Below are positions 1 through 10,223 of a stretch of 64,000 bases of DNA, piece by piece (position 1 is the stretch's first letter; every line of letters begins with the position of its first letter). This DNA is from a virus: UHGV virus genome UHGV-0218015; one strand, given 5' to 3'. The notes below the pieces were generated by a model. That model did not search any database and was not told where the DNA came from. It was given only the letters and a program-made list of their open reading frames with translations. Position numbers and translations under genes: made by a program.

Positions 1-1470
1 ATGGTCATGTCGTCGTTCCGTATTCCTGGCGACTCAAGGCCGATCTCAAGACCGATTAACTTGCCATTCATTCGTCGTGGTGGGTTGATGAACTATTACG
101 GGACAACGTACCACGTTGCGCCTGTTATTCATCAGCCGGGTATCTGTCGTGAGCATGGTGGGGTGTTTGTTAATTTTGACTTTAAACGTAAAGCGTCACT
201 AAAATTCTGTAAGCACCCGGTACGTATTTTAGTGAATGGGAAGAAAGAAGAGTTGTTCTTGCCCGGAACAAACAATTTGTTTAAAGCCAAAAACGCCACA
301 CATCCTGATACGGACGAGAAACCGTTAATGTACTGGTTATTCGGACGTTATGGATTTAAGGAAGCCATCAAACGTTATACTGGTGTGGATGTAGAGATAT
401 ATCCTGCATTCAAAGTACCTGAAATCGATCTCGATAAAAAAGTAGTAATCGGTTCAGGTGAACCTAAGCATAATCGGGCGATTATGTACGTAGTGACGGT
501 TCCTGCAGAGGCTTTACCGAATCTCGATAAAGCGGGATGGGATCAAAACGAACACTTATTACTCGTAGCGATTTCTGCATTCTTTAAAGCAGCGCACTAT
601 TATTGCGGAAAACAAGCGATTAAAAACGGCAACGTTGTTCCTTTACCGCCGTTGTTTACCGCTATTAATGAACTTGCAATGGAGGACGATGTTGTAAACC
701 TGAATTCCTCCGCAATTTGGCGGGAGATTTTGGGGAGAAGTATTGTTGGACTTAAACCGTCTGATATTGAACTGGCACACAGCATGACGAAACACTATAC
801 GGAGTGTGAACGCTACGTTAACTCAACATTCCGTGGCGAGTTAATGATGTCAGATCCCGATATCCCGGACGATATGGATATGTTTGATTTCTTCTGGTAC
901 GCGACGAAGTTGATGGTGAGAACGCGCCTCACGAAACAAGGCGATATTCCGTCAATGTATGGAAAACGTCTGACCGTAACAGATTACCTGTTATTAGGTG
1001 AGCGTGGTTTTACACCTACCATTGCTGCGATTCGTTTTCACTTGGGACAAACGGAGAATAGAACACCGGAGTCTTGTGCGAACATGATACGCAGTGCGTT
1101 GAATAAAGACATTGTAACCAGCCTGGTATTGCGGAACATTACCGGTAACGGCGGTGTAAGTTATTTCAACGCTTCTACAGAGTCTATGGTGCTGGGGGTT
1201 TCAACCCATGCTATCAGCCAGACAGAAACAGAATCAAAACGTAGCAGCAAGGGCGGTAAGACGGTTAACCTTAACGACCGGACAAAACATGCCTCTGCAT
1301 CTCATCTGGAATGTGGTAACGTGTATTACATTCCGAAATCATCACCGTTCAAATCGGGCATTCTCAATCCGTATATGAAGACGAATACCCAACTGGTGAT
1401 GGTACGTAATCCAAAACTCAACGACTTGATCCAAGCAACCGAAGAAGACATTGCGAAGATTGGCCGTTAA
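1..1470 (+). CDS. hypothetical protein (489 aa); ORF starts at window position 1, upstream extension cannot be excluded
   Basis: Long ORF in + strand gene array, followed after 40 nt by next gene with AGGAG RBS; no recognisable motif. Confidence 0.5.
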   Translation: MVMSSFRIPGDSRPISRPINLPFIRRGGLMNYYGTTYHVAPVIHQPGICREHGGVFVNFDFKRKASLKFCKHPVRILVNGKKEELFLPGTNNLFKAKNATHPDTDEKPLMYWLFGRYGFKEAIKRYTGVDVEIYPAFKVPEIDLDKKVVIGSGEPKHNRAIMYVVTVPAEALPNLDKAGWDQNEHLLLVAISAFFKAAHYYCGKQAIKNGNVVPLPPLFTAINELAMEDDVVNLNSSAIWREILGRSIVGLKPSDIELAHSMTKHYTECERYVNSTFRGELMMSDPDIPDDMDMFDFFWYATKLMVRTRLTKQGDIPSMYGKRLTVTDYLLLGERGFTPTIAAIRFHLGQTENRTPESCANMIRSALNKDIVTSLVLRNITGNGGVSYFNASTESMVLGVSTHAISQTETESKRSSKGGKTVNLNDRTKHASASHLECGNVYYIPKSSPFKSGILNPYMKTNTQLVMVRNPKLNDLIQATEEDIAKIGR

Positions 1471-1509
1471 CGAATTAAATTATAGAAAAGACGTAACAGG
1501 AGTATAATA

Positions 1510-3150
1510 ATGGCAACTGTCAATAAAGACGCAATTCGTAACCACATCTATAGCACAATCTCTAGTGGCCGCGACGAACTTTTATCATACCTTTGTAATC
1601 AAGCACGTGCTGCCGGAATGAATGACGACAAATACATGGATAATGCTGTTACCGTCGCCACGTGGTTTGTATACAACCGTCGTCCAGATAACGAAACTGC
1701 ATCGGCGATTCTGGCAACATTTAAATCGACGCTGTATAGTGACTTACTGGGGCGTGGTATGCAGCCATTGGACCCGCGTATTCACAGCCAGCTGGAACAG
1801 GAATTCCGTACGGCGAATCAGTATGCGGTACAAGCTAAACAGCTTATGGGACATTCGAGCTCTTTCGCTGGCCCAACAATGCCCGCTTCGCCGAGCTTAG
1901 CGATGCCCGCGTCTAGCTTTACAGGCAGTGGCCACGGTAGCCCACGACCAGCAACAGCGGTAGAAGGGGGTTCTATCCCAATGTCAACTTACGATCCGCG
2001 CACAGCGGAACAGAAGCAAACAGCGCAACCGCAAGGTAACTTCGGTCAGCCTGCACAACAACCAGTGCAACAGGCACAGCTACAACCGACTGTTTCGCAC
2101 TCTATGGTGGAAGCTAACAAGCCGCGTGAGCTCGACGAGAAAACCATCGAAGAACTTGTCGAACGTTACAATAAACCTATCATCGATCATTTCCGGGTAG
2201 AAATTGTGGAAGACTATTTAGATCACGAACTTAGAGAACAGATTAAGAAAAACATTCTTACGCCAAAAGAACTCAACGAACGCATCAAAAATTCACCGTA
2301 TTCAAGCCACCGCAATTGGTCTGAAAAGGTTGACGAAATCATCGATAATAAAGACATCGATTATTGCGTCTATGATGAAGCGGACGTGATGGTGAAAACC
2401 GAAAGCGAGTATAAATTGTTCCCGATGGTAAGTACGGACTCGAGCAAAACTTACCTTCAAGAATTTTATACCGCCACCCGTCAGGCAATTGATGGTATTG
2501 AAGACATTCGCGATATTGACGATCCGGAAGAGATGCTGAAGAATACTATCGAAATGGTGTTCCACATCCGTAAAATGTCTGAATGCCTACTGCAATATTT
2601 CAATAGCCAGGCTGAGGAGCCAGAAACGTTGAAACAAAGCTGTGTGGAGTTCTGTCAGCAGTTTAACGCAACACTCACTGTTTTGGTTCACAACGCTATT
2701 TCTGTTGCGACAAACTACGGTAAAGGTATCCCAGGTACGAAATTTGTGCAATTCGATTGCAACTTAAGCGATCTCGAATATTTCCGTGACACTCTGTTCC
2801 CGCGCACCATCGGTGAAAATGGCGTAACCACGGCTGCGGATTTCTTCCGCGAACTGTGCTTGCTGGTCGCACGTTCTGTTCGTAAGCTACATTTCCGTCT
2901 GAAATCTAACGATCATGCTATTGAAATTTGCCGCGTAACGTACACCATTCAGCTGCCTGCGGATTATCCGTCTGCGAAAGGACGCAATATCGTAGAGATT
3001 TCCTCATTCGGTAATGCGTTTGAACCTATCGTCGGTATCTATGAAGCAATTAACCAACGCGCACCTGAAGCTATTGTGAAGCTGGCTACGCCGTCGGCAT
3101 CGTACACGCTGCTTAGCAATGGTGAAATTACCGCGCCGGTGCGTTACTAA
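1510..3150 (+). CDS. hypothetical protein (546 aa) with central Ala/Pro/Ser/Gln-rich low-complexity linker
   Basis: ATG preceded by AGGAG RBS (1497-1501); long ORF; disordered segment MPASPSLAMPASS...QPAQQPVQQAQLQ. Confidence 0.6.
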   Translation: MATVNKDAIRNHIYSTISSGRDELLSYLCNQARAAGMNDDKYMDNAVTVATWFVYNRRPDNETASAILATFKSTLYSDLLGRGMQPLDPRIHSQLEQEFRTANQYAVQAKQLMGHSSSFAGPTMPASPSLAMPASSFTGSGHGSPRPATAVEGGSIPMSTYDPRTAEQKQTAQPQGNFGQPAQQPVQQAQLQPTVSHSMVEANKPRELDEKTIEELVERYNKPIIDHFRVEIVEDYLDHELREQIKKNILTPKELNERIKNSPYSSHRNWSEKVDEIIDNKDIDYCVYDEADVMVKTESEYKLFPMVSTDSSKTYLQEFYTATRQAIDGIEDIRDIDDPEEMLKNTIEMVFHIRKMSECLLQYFNSQAEEPETLKQSCVEFCQQFNATLTVLVHNAISVATNYGKGIPGTKFVQFDCNLSDLEYFRDTLFPRTIGENGVTTAADFFRELCLLVARSVRKLHFRLKSNDHAIEICRVTYTIQLPADYPSAKGRNIVEISSFGNAFEPIVGIYEAINQRAPEAIVKLATPSASYTLLSNGEITAPVRY

Positions 3151-3194
3151 GGGGCTTCGTGCCCCCTAATCTATAGACACCACAGGACAGTATC

Positions 3195-3443
3195 ATGGCA
3201 GCCTATGTTGATTATAGTAAAACAAAAATTGAGTTAAAGGAGATTGATACCGCCGCTCGTTTAAAACAACAACTTAATCTGGAGTTATACCAACTCCAAG
3301 TTCGGATACATGAACGCGAACAGCTCATTGAAAAACGCCCAATTTTCATTGACGAACGCCAAGTGAAACTGATCACTGCGGAACTGGAGGTAATGGCCGC
3401 AGAGAAATTGTTGTTAGAAGAACGCATTGCCGCTATTGTTTAA
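3195..3443 (+). CDS. small coiled-coil-like protein (82 aa)
   Basis: ORF ends just before hairpin terminator at 3455-3487; heptad-like Leu/Glu/Lys-rich sequence. Confidence 0.45.
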   Translation: MAAYVDYSKTKIELKEIDTAARLKQQLNLELYQLQVRIHEREQLIEKRPIFIDERQVKLITAELEVMAAEKLLLEERIAAIV

Positions 3444-3454
3444 TCGCCCCCACA

Positions 3455-3487
3455 GGAGAGCTTCGGCTCTCCTCCTTTATTTTTATT
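3455..3487 (+). terminator. rho-independent terminator
   Basis: Stem GGAGAGC / loop TTCG / GCTCTCC followed by TCCTTTATTTTTATT. Confidence 0.7.
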
Positions 3488-3531
3488 CCCCAATTTATTA
3501 TAGCCGCCCACTATAGTGAGGGAATGAGGAA

Positions 3532-3831
3532 ATGATTAAATATGTTGTTATTAATGTAAACTACGAACGTAGTCCACGTTTTCGCTTCGAATTACCTGAA
3601 ACCGAAGCAACCATGGAGTTTAATCGCTATTTATTAGAACATTCAAACACCAAAATCAATCACGGTAGATACTGGCTTATCTACTACAATGCCCGTAATG
3701 AATTACTGAAAGCAGTTGAGAAATCAGGTCAGTCGGAGCTGTTAGCGAAACTGATGGCGTACGATAACGATCCCTTAGCAATAGGAGTTATGTTAGACCT
3801 TGTTATTAAGAAAGATGAAATAGCGTGGTGA
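3532..3831 (+). CDS. hypothetical protein (99 aa)
   Basis: ATG with GAGGAA RBS; ORF ends before bidirectional terminator. Confidence 0.5.
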   Translation: MIKYVVINVNYERSPRFRFELPETEATMEFNRYLLEHSNTKINHGRYWLIYYNARNELLKAVEKSGQSELLAKLMAYDNDPLAIGVMLDLVIKKDEIAW

Positions 3832-3890
3832 AAAAAGAAAAGCTACTCCGACCCCAGAAGGGTCGGAGTAAGCTCGAATTATTTTTTTTT
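3831..3890. terminator. bidirectional terminator between convergent genes
   Basis: Stem CTCCGACCC / loop CAGAA / GGGTCGGAG flanked by an A-run (3830-3845) and a T-run (3882-3890). Confidence 0.7.
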
Positions 3891-3895
3891 GCTAT

Positions 3896-6613
3896 TTAGA
3901 GAGTTTCGTCGGTGTTGTCGTCTGTACCGGTATCCGTCTCGTCCGTGTCTTCAGCAGAAACGTCTTCTTCCGATGTCGTATCGGTTTCCGTCGTTTCTTC
4001 ATCAGACATGTCCAAGTCTTCATCACCACCCAGATCGTCACCACCTAAGTCCTCATCACCACCTAAGCCGCCGTCGTCTTCAGACCCGCCACCAAAGTCG
4101 CTACCCCCGCCGAAGTTATTGGCGTCCTCAGGATTCAAATCAGCCGCTTTTGCTAAGGTTTCAACTTTACCTGTTGCACGCTTAGCTAACTGAATCAACG
4201 TTTTAGATGCTGATGCGATTTCATCAGAAATCATCTTGACGTTTTCGCCACGTTTATCTTCGTCGTAGATCAAATCAAACAGATCGGTTTCTATGCCCTG
4301 ATTGCGTAGCCAGTTACGCGTATAGAACGATTTAATCATCGTCTTGAGATCATCAGGCTGCATTTCGATACCTTCATTCTGAAGCATATTTGAAATGTCG
4401 TCGGTAACAACCAGATCCGCCAGTTTCTCAATGAACTCATAGCGTTTGTCGAACAGATCCGCTTGTGAAGAAGAAGCTGATGTGTCTGGTGGTGGTAAGG
4501 TGACTTTCATGCCATTGATGAACTTCGCCAGATACTCTGACGTTTGCTTGGTCAAGTCTTCACTTGTTACGTTAGGATTTTGATTGCGAATATATTCAAC
4601 GATAATACGAATCAATTCTGCTTGTAACTTAGGAGAGGCTTGCAAACTGTTTGTCACGTAGCGTGTTAACGGCGTAGACAGGATTTCTTGTTTCTTCACG
4701 ATTTGCTGAGTCACCAGCAGTGACTTGGAATAAATCTGCGAAGCAAATTCCAGGTTTTCTGGTGTCAAAACAAGATCCGGGTCTACACACGCGATGTGGC
4801 AAGTACGACGGAGTAAGTTTTCATCGATTTGCTGATCGGGCACTTTATACTCAGGCGTTGTGTCCGAAACTGACACTTTATGACTGGCGTAGTATTCGTT
4901 ACCCGTCACGTTAAATGCAATCCCGGCATTAGCCCCCATTGACCAGGCATCGTTGATATCGCCCCACATCGGTAAACGACGATTATAGGAGTTGAGGATA
5001 TCCGATTTAACTTGGTCAACTGTTTTCTGACCGTTCATATCGTCCGGCGATAACTCAATGTCATATTGCATGTGACGCGCTGAGTTCAACACTGAAGAGT
5101 TCATTGTTGCGAACAACAGCGCCATCCTGACCGTGGAGATGATAAAGGAACGTTCGGTAATAGACACCCCGATACCATCTTCGTTAAAGTCGGTTGCAAA
5201 GTAGCATAAGTTATTAACCGGGATATAGACAACCTGTGTGTGACGTTTTGCGAGGTGACGTGCCAGTAGAATACGACCGAAGGTTTCGGTAATTTTCATG
5301 CTGATTTCGGCACCACCCAACGCTTGACTTAAAGCGCGGGTAAATTCGTTCTCAGCAATCTCGCTGCAACGTGCACTTAAACGGTTGGCGATTTCAGGCG
5401 TTATACGAGAGGTATTACCCAAGCCTAAATTAGAGCGGTTGATAATACTGTCTGTCATGCCGTCGTTATTAAGGTAGTTCATAAAGTTCGCGTCCCCGTA
5501 AAGTGAGGAACGTGAGTTGATGAAGTTACCCATATCGTCAATAATGGTCAGAAACCCAATAGGGTTACGAACGTCGTCACCAATAACCAACGGGGCGGTA
5601 GACTCAGCAGGGAGTAAACATTCGAAATAGTCGATCTGGTTGTTTTCATCCATCGAAATAATCGGGATGTTACCATAAAGCTGAGTTTTTGGTGTACTTT
5701 TGTACGCTTCGTTCAGATCACCTAAGTTGATGAAGCCTTTTTCAGCTGCATCACGCTGACGATCGTTAAACTGTTGATTAACTTCATACGGCGCAGCACC
5801 TGTCGGTGTGGCAGGCTTTTCATATGCGGCTTGCTCTAATTGGCCGTAGAGACCAGTACGAGCGTTCTCATGCGCGATTCGACGATAAGCATGGGGCAGT
5901 AACGTGATACGTGGGTTGTCGGTAATCGAGATGTCCATTTCGAACTTATCTGAGAACATCTTATCATGGTTACTGAAATTGATTTTCAGTGATTGTGGTC
6001 CTTTAACAGGTCCACGGACACGACTCAGAATAGATTCCACACCTACGCGTTGCCCGTCATCTTGCGAGTTGATTGGGCCGAGAATACCGAGTTGTTCTTC
6101 GAAATACGCGGCTTGAGAACGACGCATGGATTCGGTAGCGATTTTGGTGTCTAAACCGAACAGCTGGTCAAATCCATTGTCCGAGATTATCATCACTGGA
6201 CTTGCGCCTTTTGTTTTTAACGCGTCGTAAATCCACTGATATAATTTCTTAGGTAATTGACGTACGTTATCATGATAATCACGCGTTGGTGTCAGTAAGT
6301 CATTACGTAAGTCAATTGGAATGTCTGCGATGTTGTCGTAAATCAACGTGGTGTTGATTAAGTCTTTTGTCGACAGCAAGCTCGAAGTTGCAATGGTAAC
6401 AATCGTTTCGAGTTCAGGTAACGCATCAAAGATACGTTCCGCATTTTTGATAGTACGAATACGCGAACTTACAATTCCTGCAAGTTCCTGACGTGTTGGC
6501 GTAGAACCACCCTCGCTACGCGTACCGCGTTGTTGCTGGGGTGCTGGGCCCGTAGTTTTACGAAGAATTGCAGCTACGGCGGGGTCGCCCGTTAATTTAC
6601 TAATATCGTCCAT
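3896..6613 (-). CDS. large hypothetical protein (905 aa) with highly acidic Gly/Asp/Glu/Thr-rich C-terminal tail; possible virion or portal-like protein
   Basis: Long - strand ORF with GGAGA RBS 5 nt upstream of ATG; C-terminal GGDEDLGGDDLGGDEDL...TDETDTGTDD low-complexity tail. Confidence 0.6.
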   Translation of the reverse strand: MDDISKLTGDPAVAAILRKTTGPAPQQQRGTRSEGGSTPTRQELAGIVSSRIRTIKNAERIFDALPELETIVTIATSSLLSTKDLINTTLIYDNIADIPIDLRNDLLTPTRDYHDNVRQLPKKLYQWIYDALKTKGASPVMIISDNGFDQLFGLDTKIATESMRRSQAAYFEEQLGILGPINSQDDGQRVGVESILSRVRGPVKGPQSLKINFSNHDKMFSDKFEMDISITDNPRITLLPHAYRRIAHENARTGLYGQLEQAAYEKPATPTGAAPYEVNQQFNDRQRDAAEKGFINLGDLNEAYKSTPKTQLYGNIPIISMDENNQIDYFECLLPAESTAPLVIGDDVRNPIGFLTIIDDMGNFINSRSSLYGDANFMNYLNNDGMTDSIINRSNLGLGNTSRITPEIANRLSARCSEIAENEFTRALSQALGGAEISMKITETFGRILLARHLAKRHTQVVYIPVNNLCYFATDFNEDGIGVSITERSFIISTVRMALLFATMNSSVLNSARHMQYDIELSPDDMNGQKTVDQVKSDILNSYNRRLPMWGDINDAWSMGANAGIAFNVTGNEYYASHKVSVSDTTPEYKVPDQQIDENLLRRTCHIACVDPDLVLTPENLEFASQIYSKSLLVTQQIVKKQEILSTPLTRYVTNSLQASPKLQAELIRIIVEYIRNQNPNVTSEDLTKQTSEYLAKFINGMKVTLPPPDTSASSSQADLFDKRYEFIEKLADLVVTDDISNMLQNEGIEMQPDDLKTMIKSFYTRNWLRNQGIETDLFDLIYDEDKRGENVKMISDEIASASKTLIQLAKRATGKVETLAKAADLNPEDANNFGGGSDFGGGSEDDGGLGGDEDLGGDDLGGDEDLDMSDEETTETDTTSEEDVSAEDTDETDTGTDDNTDETL

Positions 6614-6624
6614 TGGGGTCTCCG

Positions 6625-8808
6625 ATGCAGAGATTTAACATATTTCGTGATCAGAACATCACGTTGGCGAAATCGCTGATTATTAAATCAGAATCAATCG
6701 CACAACAGATGAATCTGGCAATAACCGAGAACGGCGGTTTCGTTTCCGATAACCGTAGTACGTGGCGATACTACCTGCATTTAGCAGGACAACGTCACGA
6801 AATGGATAAACCCATTTACATAACGTCGCTCGACACGCAAGAGCAGATAGAATTAACGACAGCCAACCTGTCCCGTCATAAAAAGACCTCTAACGTTTTT
6901 CGTTCGAATGCTGAGTACATCGAGGCGTTGATCGCAAGTTATCCCGAATACGCGATTTATATTCGCGGCGTCTTTACGCCAATCGATTTAAAATACGCTT
7001 TACGTGTAGACGATTGTTCTATTTTGTATTACGACAGCTCGTTAGTAGAATCGCAAGAGACGTCATTGATTAGCCGACTGGAAGCGAGAATTCGTGCGGC
7101 ACATGTCCGTTACATGGCTGAGGGTTGGAAGGTCCACAACGATGCGTTTGTGTTAGCTTTCTATTGCATGTTGTTTCCTCAGTTACCAGGCATAATTGGT
7201 TATATACGTTCTTCTTTACAGCATACGACAGAAACGCACTCTTTCTTCGTTACCGAATTTTTAGCTTCGCATCAGGAACTGCATGAGTTTATGCCGTATC
7301 TGACTCAGAAACAAAAATTCATTCTTTATCGGAATATCCGATACTGGGAACGCAATTCAGGGAAAGAGGAGATCTTCGATTGGCAAATCGATGCGCTATT
7401 GACAGGTTGGGGAATGCCTGCGGTTGGGTATAATGTTGCACAGCAGATTCACGAACCGAAAGATAACGATGATAATTCCTTAACACCGTTACCTATCGGC
7501 TATCAGCAATCTTTAAACTACACAGAGAAAGACTCTGGACGCGATTTGGATATTGTTGCCACTACGGACATAATCCAAAAAGAGGTGGGGTTAGCGTATA
7601 ATAACCCGGCGTACGAACCGGAGTATCAAGAAGACTTAGACACCCGACTGAGTCTGACACAATACCCCAACTTAACGACGAAACTCGTAGAAGTCACCGC
7701 TGTTGACCCAGAAGCTATTGAGCGTTTTGAATACACACATAACCTCTTTAATGAATGGGTGCATTTGGTCGCGAAGGGAAAATACAGCATCTACCACGAG
7801 ATTCTTAACCCGACCAACGGCGACACGTTAAAAATGAGTTCGAAAGAGCTGTTGGCGTTGTTTTTGTACGCGGCGTATAAAGGCTACTCTGATGTCGCTC
7901 TTGAAGAAATCCCGGTATTTAACGTTTTTGATGTTTTGATTAAACGATGGGTTTCGTTCGATGAAATGGAACAACATCTTATCCCGAGTTGGGAACACCG
8001 TTTCGACGCACTGATTAACTACTACACCGATACCCACACCGAGGTAGTCGGAACCATTCTCAGTGCCGATGAACTTTACGATACGGTTAATGAAATTATT
8101 TTGCAGAAGCGCCGTCGTTGGCGTTACAGCCAAAACCGCCGTAAAATTCCCGACCGTGCAGCGGGCCTAATGTTGTTCGATTACCATTATCGCGATTACC
8201 GATGTGATTTAAAGTTAAAGTATCGTAACTACGATGAGTTCTTTAAGACCTTCGGTTTAGACTACACACTGGTCTCCGCAGAGACGTGGCAAGATATCGC
8301 AACTGATGCATTGAACACCGCAACAAACCTCGAAACGCGTGCAACTATTTCGCAATCTGAAATACAGCGTGCGATGGTTCGATTGATGACCAAGCTTTCG
8401 TCGTATACCGTACATTTTGCTGCGCGGATGGGGTCAGATTCTTACGACGTTATGGACCCGCTTTGTCCAATCTTAGGGGATATCCCTATGAGTGGGGAGG
8501 GTACAGTTACCATCATTGAACCTCTCTTAGGCGTACAGTCAGTTACGCGACATCAACACATGACGACGGACAAAGTGCTTCCCGCAGCGCCGGTGATTAA
8601 AGAGCTGTCCATGCCGCAACACATCAAACTACGGATGAACATTTACATGGGTATCCGTGTGAGAGTGAATCAGCAAGTCGTGGTGAATATTAATGAACCG
8701 ACCACCGGGGTTGTTAAGGTCAAGTCTTCACTTGACGACTGGGCGTTAAGCGAACAGGTGAAAATTAACGATCTCGAAGGGTTTACGTTAGACCAGCTAC
8801 CTAAGTGA
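6625..8808 (+). CDS. hypothetical protein (about 727 aa; ORF track start 6613 is TTG, ATG at 6625 preferred)
   Basis: Long ORF; ATG 6625 preceded by GGGG at 6615-6618; start lies within 12 nt of the divergent 905-aa gene start. Confidence 0.55.
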   Translation: MQRFNIFRDQNITLAKSLIIKSESIAQQMNLAITENGGFVSDNRSTWRYYLHLAGQRHEMDKPIYITSLDTQEQIELTTANLSRHKKTSNVFRSNAEYIEALIASYPEYAIYIRGVFTPIDLKYALRVDDCSILYYDSSLVESQETSLISRLEARIRAAHVRYMAEGWKVHNDAFVLAFYCMLFPQLPGIIGYIRSSLQHTTETHSFFVTEFLASHQELHEFMPYLTQKQKFILYRNIRYWERNSGKEEIFDWQIDALLTGWGMPAVGYNVAQQIHEPKDNDDNSLTPLPIGYQQSLNYTEKDSGRDLDIVATTDIIQKEVGLAYNNPAYEPEYQEDLDTRLSLTQYPNLTTKLVEVTAVDPEAIERFEYTHNLFNEWVHLVAKGKYSIYHEILNPTNGDTLKMSSKELLALFLYAAYKGYSDVALEEIPVFNVFDVLIKRWVSFDEMEQHLIPSWEHRFDALINYYTDTHTEVVGTILSADELYDTVNEIILQKRRRWRYSQNRRKIPDRAAGLMLFDYHYRDYRCDLKLKYRNYDEFFKTFGLDYTLVSAETWQDIATDALNTATNLETRATISQSEIQRAMVRLMTKLSSYTVHFAARMGSDSYDVMDPLCPILGDIPMSGEGTVTIIEPLLGVQSVTRHQHMTTDKVLPAAPVIKELSMPQHIKLRMNIYMGIRVRVNQQVVVNINEPTTGVVKVKSSLDDWALSEQVKINDLEGFTLDQLPK

Positions 8809-8815
8809 GAGAACC

Positions 8816-9343
8816 ATGGCATATCGTGTCGATTTAACGAAAGCACCTAAACAAATTTTAGTAGACCGGATTAACTACGTATTTAGTCTATCCTATACTG
8901 CTGATAACATCGAGTTTAACGCAAACGGCGTTCAACCACTAACTTTAGCAGAACGCCAACGTTACGGACTAGAATCAAAGGTTGCTGCCGTCTTCCGTAA
9001 CGGCGTTGTCGGTAACCAGGAATTCATTTTAACTCGCGTTGATTTGGCAACGTTCTTGGCCGATGAACCGGTGAGTGTACCGAAAGGCGCAGTAACGTCC
9101 AGCGAAGAGTTGGCTGATTATATCGTCGCACAAACAGGGCTCGACCTGCGTGCCGACGACATTATGATTGAGCCGATTTCAGAGGAACTGGATTCTTATG
9201 ATGTTCGTCTCGTCCCGAATCATTTGTCTTTTAAAGGAACGATTCCGGTCGTATTTACTGATTCCACTCCACGCAAATTGGCGTCTCTTGTGACGAAATT
9301 GGCGTTGGATGGGTTCCGCCCAGGAGAATTAATCAATGTCTAA
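8816..9343 (+). CDS. hypothetical protein (175 aa)
   Basis: ORF 8 nt after previous stop, same-strand array. Confidence 0.5.
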   Translation: MAYRVDLTKAPKQILVDRINYVFSLSYTADNIEFNANGVQPLTLAERQRYGLESKVAAVFRNGVVGNQEFILTRVDLATFLADEPVSVPKGAVTSSEELADYIVAQTGLDLRADDIMIEPISEELDSYDVRLVPNHLSFKGTIPVVFTDSTPRKLASLVTKLALDGFRPGELINV

Positions 9344-10223
9344 TGTCAAAGTTTACGACGGTAAACTCTCGACGGTAACGCTTAATGCGATGCGTTTAGC
9401 TACCGCATTAATTACCGGTGCTGACGTGCAATACCCACAAAAATCCACACTGAATGAGTTCTATAAACTCATGCAAACGCCAGTGCCGGATGGTAAAGCG
9501 CGTCCTCATTTGCAGTACATGGCAATTGGCAACCGTGGTCATATGGTCGACACCTCTGATGTGGTGGCTGACGTTGTACCTGTAGGTAAAGAACCTATTG
9601 CTTCCGGGATGTTTTCCCGCGTTCCGTTTGTCCTGCGTACAAAAGACAATGATCTGTCTGACGAACAGCGTAAGAAATACGCCTTCCGTACTCTGGAAAC
9701 CATCAATAAACGTCAGTATTGGGCGTATTACTTAAAACGTATCGACATGCGTGCTGTAAAAACGTCAGACTACGATATCAAGCGTGAGAACGGCGTTGAG
9801 ACGGTCGAAGACTTTGTGTACACAGACACGGAATTAAACCCCGTGCCGAAAGTATTGCCGGATTACGATTACGATGACGATGGTACTGTCGCAATTCCAG
9901 ACGGACGTTATGTCGAATCTGGTGCTGACCTGGTTATTCCGTGGACAGACTTTGATGTTCAGGAATACATGCACGTAACGAGCATTATGCGTGGTAGTCC
10001 GCGTAGTTCAATTATCTCTGAACTGGCACTCTGTTCTGGGTTAGACCAGGTAGCGTCCGGGGATTCTGCAGCTGGGTCTAAATTCAGCTATAACGAGGCG
10101 ATTGGGGTCCAGGCGCTGTACTATATTTCGATGTTTACCAACCTGGCACAGACGAATGACAAACTGTCTTTGACCATTCGCATCGGACAACCTGCGCCGT
10201 TCTTCCTGGGGACAGCTAACTGA
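9336..10223 (+). CDS. hypothetical protein (295 aa)
   Basis: ORF overlaps upstream stop by 8 nt (translational coupling). Confidence 0.5.
   Translation: MSNVKVYDGKLSTVTLNAMRLATALITGADVQYPQKSTLNEFYKLMQTPVPDGKARPHLQYMAIGNRGHMVDTSDVVADVVPVGKEPIASGMFSRVPFVLRTKDNDLSDEQRKKYAFRTLETINKRQYWAYYLKRIDMRAVKTSDYDIKRENGVETVEDFVYTDTELNPVPKVLPDYDYDDDGTVAIPDGRYVESGADLVIPWTDFDVQEYMHVTSIMRGSPRSSIISELALCSGLDQVASGDSAAGSKFSYNEAIGVQALYYISMFTNLAQTNDKLSLTIRIGQPAPFFLGTAN

Noticed and set aside
600-785. Short - strand ORF (61 aa) inside the + strand gene 1..1470
   Set aside because: Fully embedded antisense to a long ORF, no RBS, typical spurious frame
2302-2565. - strand 87-aa ORF inside gene 1510..3150
   Set aside because: Antisense overlap with a well-supported long ORF
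3500-3520. CCACTATAGTGAGGGA resembling the T7/SP6 promoter core (CACTATAG)
   Set aside because: Single occurrence, embedded in the RBS region of gene 3532, and the genome shows a different recurrent promoter motif; likely chance
3889-4193. Two + strand ORFs (98 and 93 aa) rich in Ser/Pro/His overlapping the end of the 905-aa - strand gene
   Set aside because: Generated by the repetitive GAC/GAG-rich coding of the acidic tail on the opposite strand; low-complexity translation
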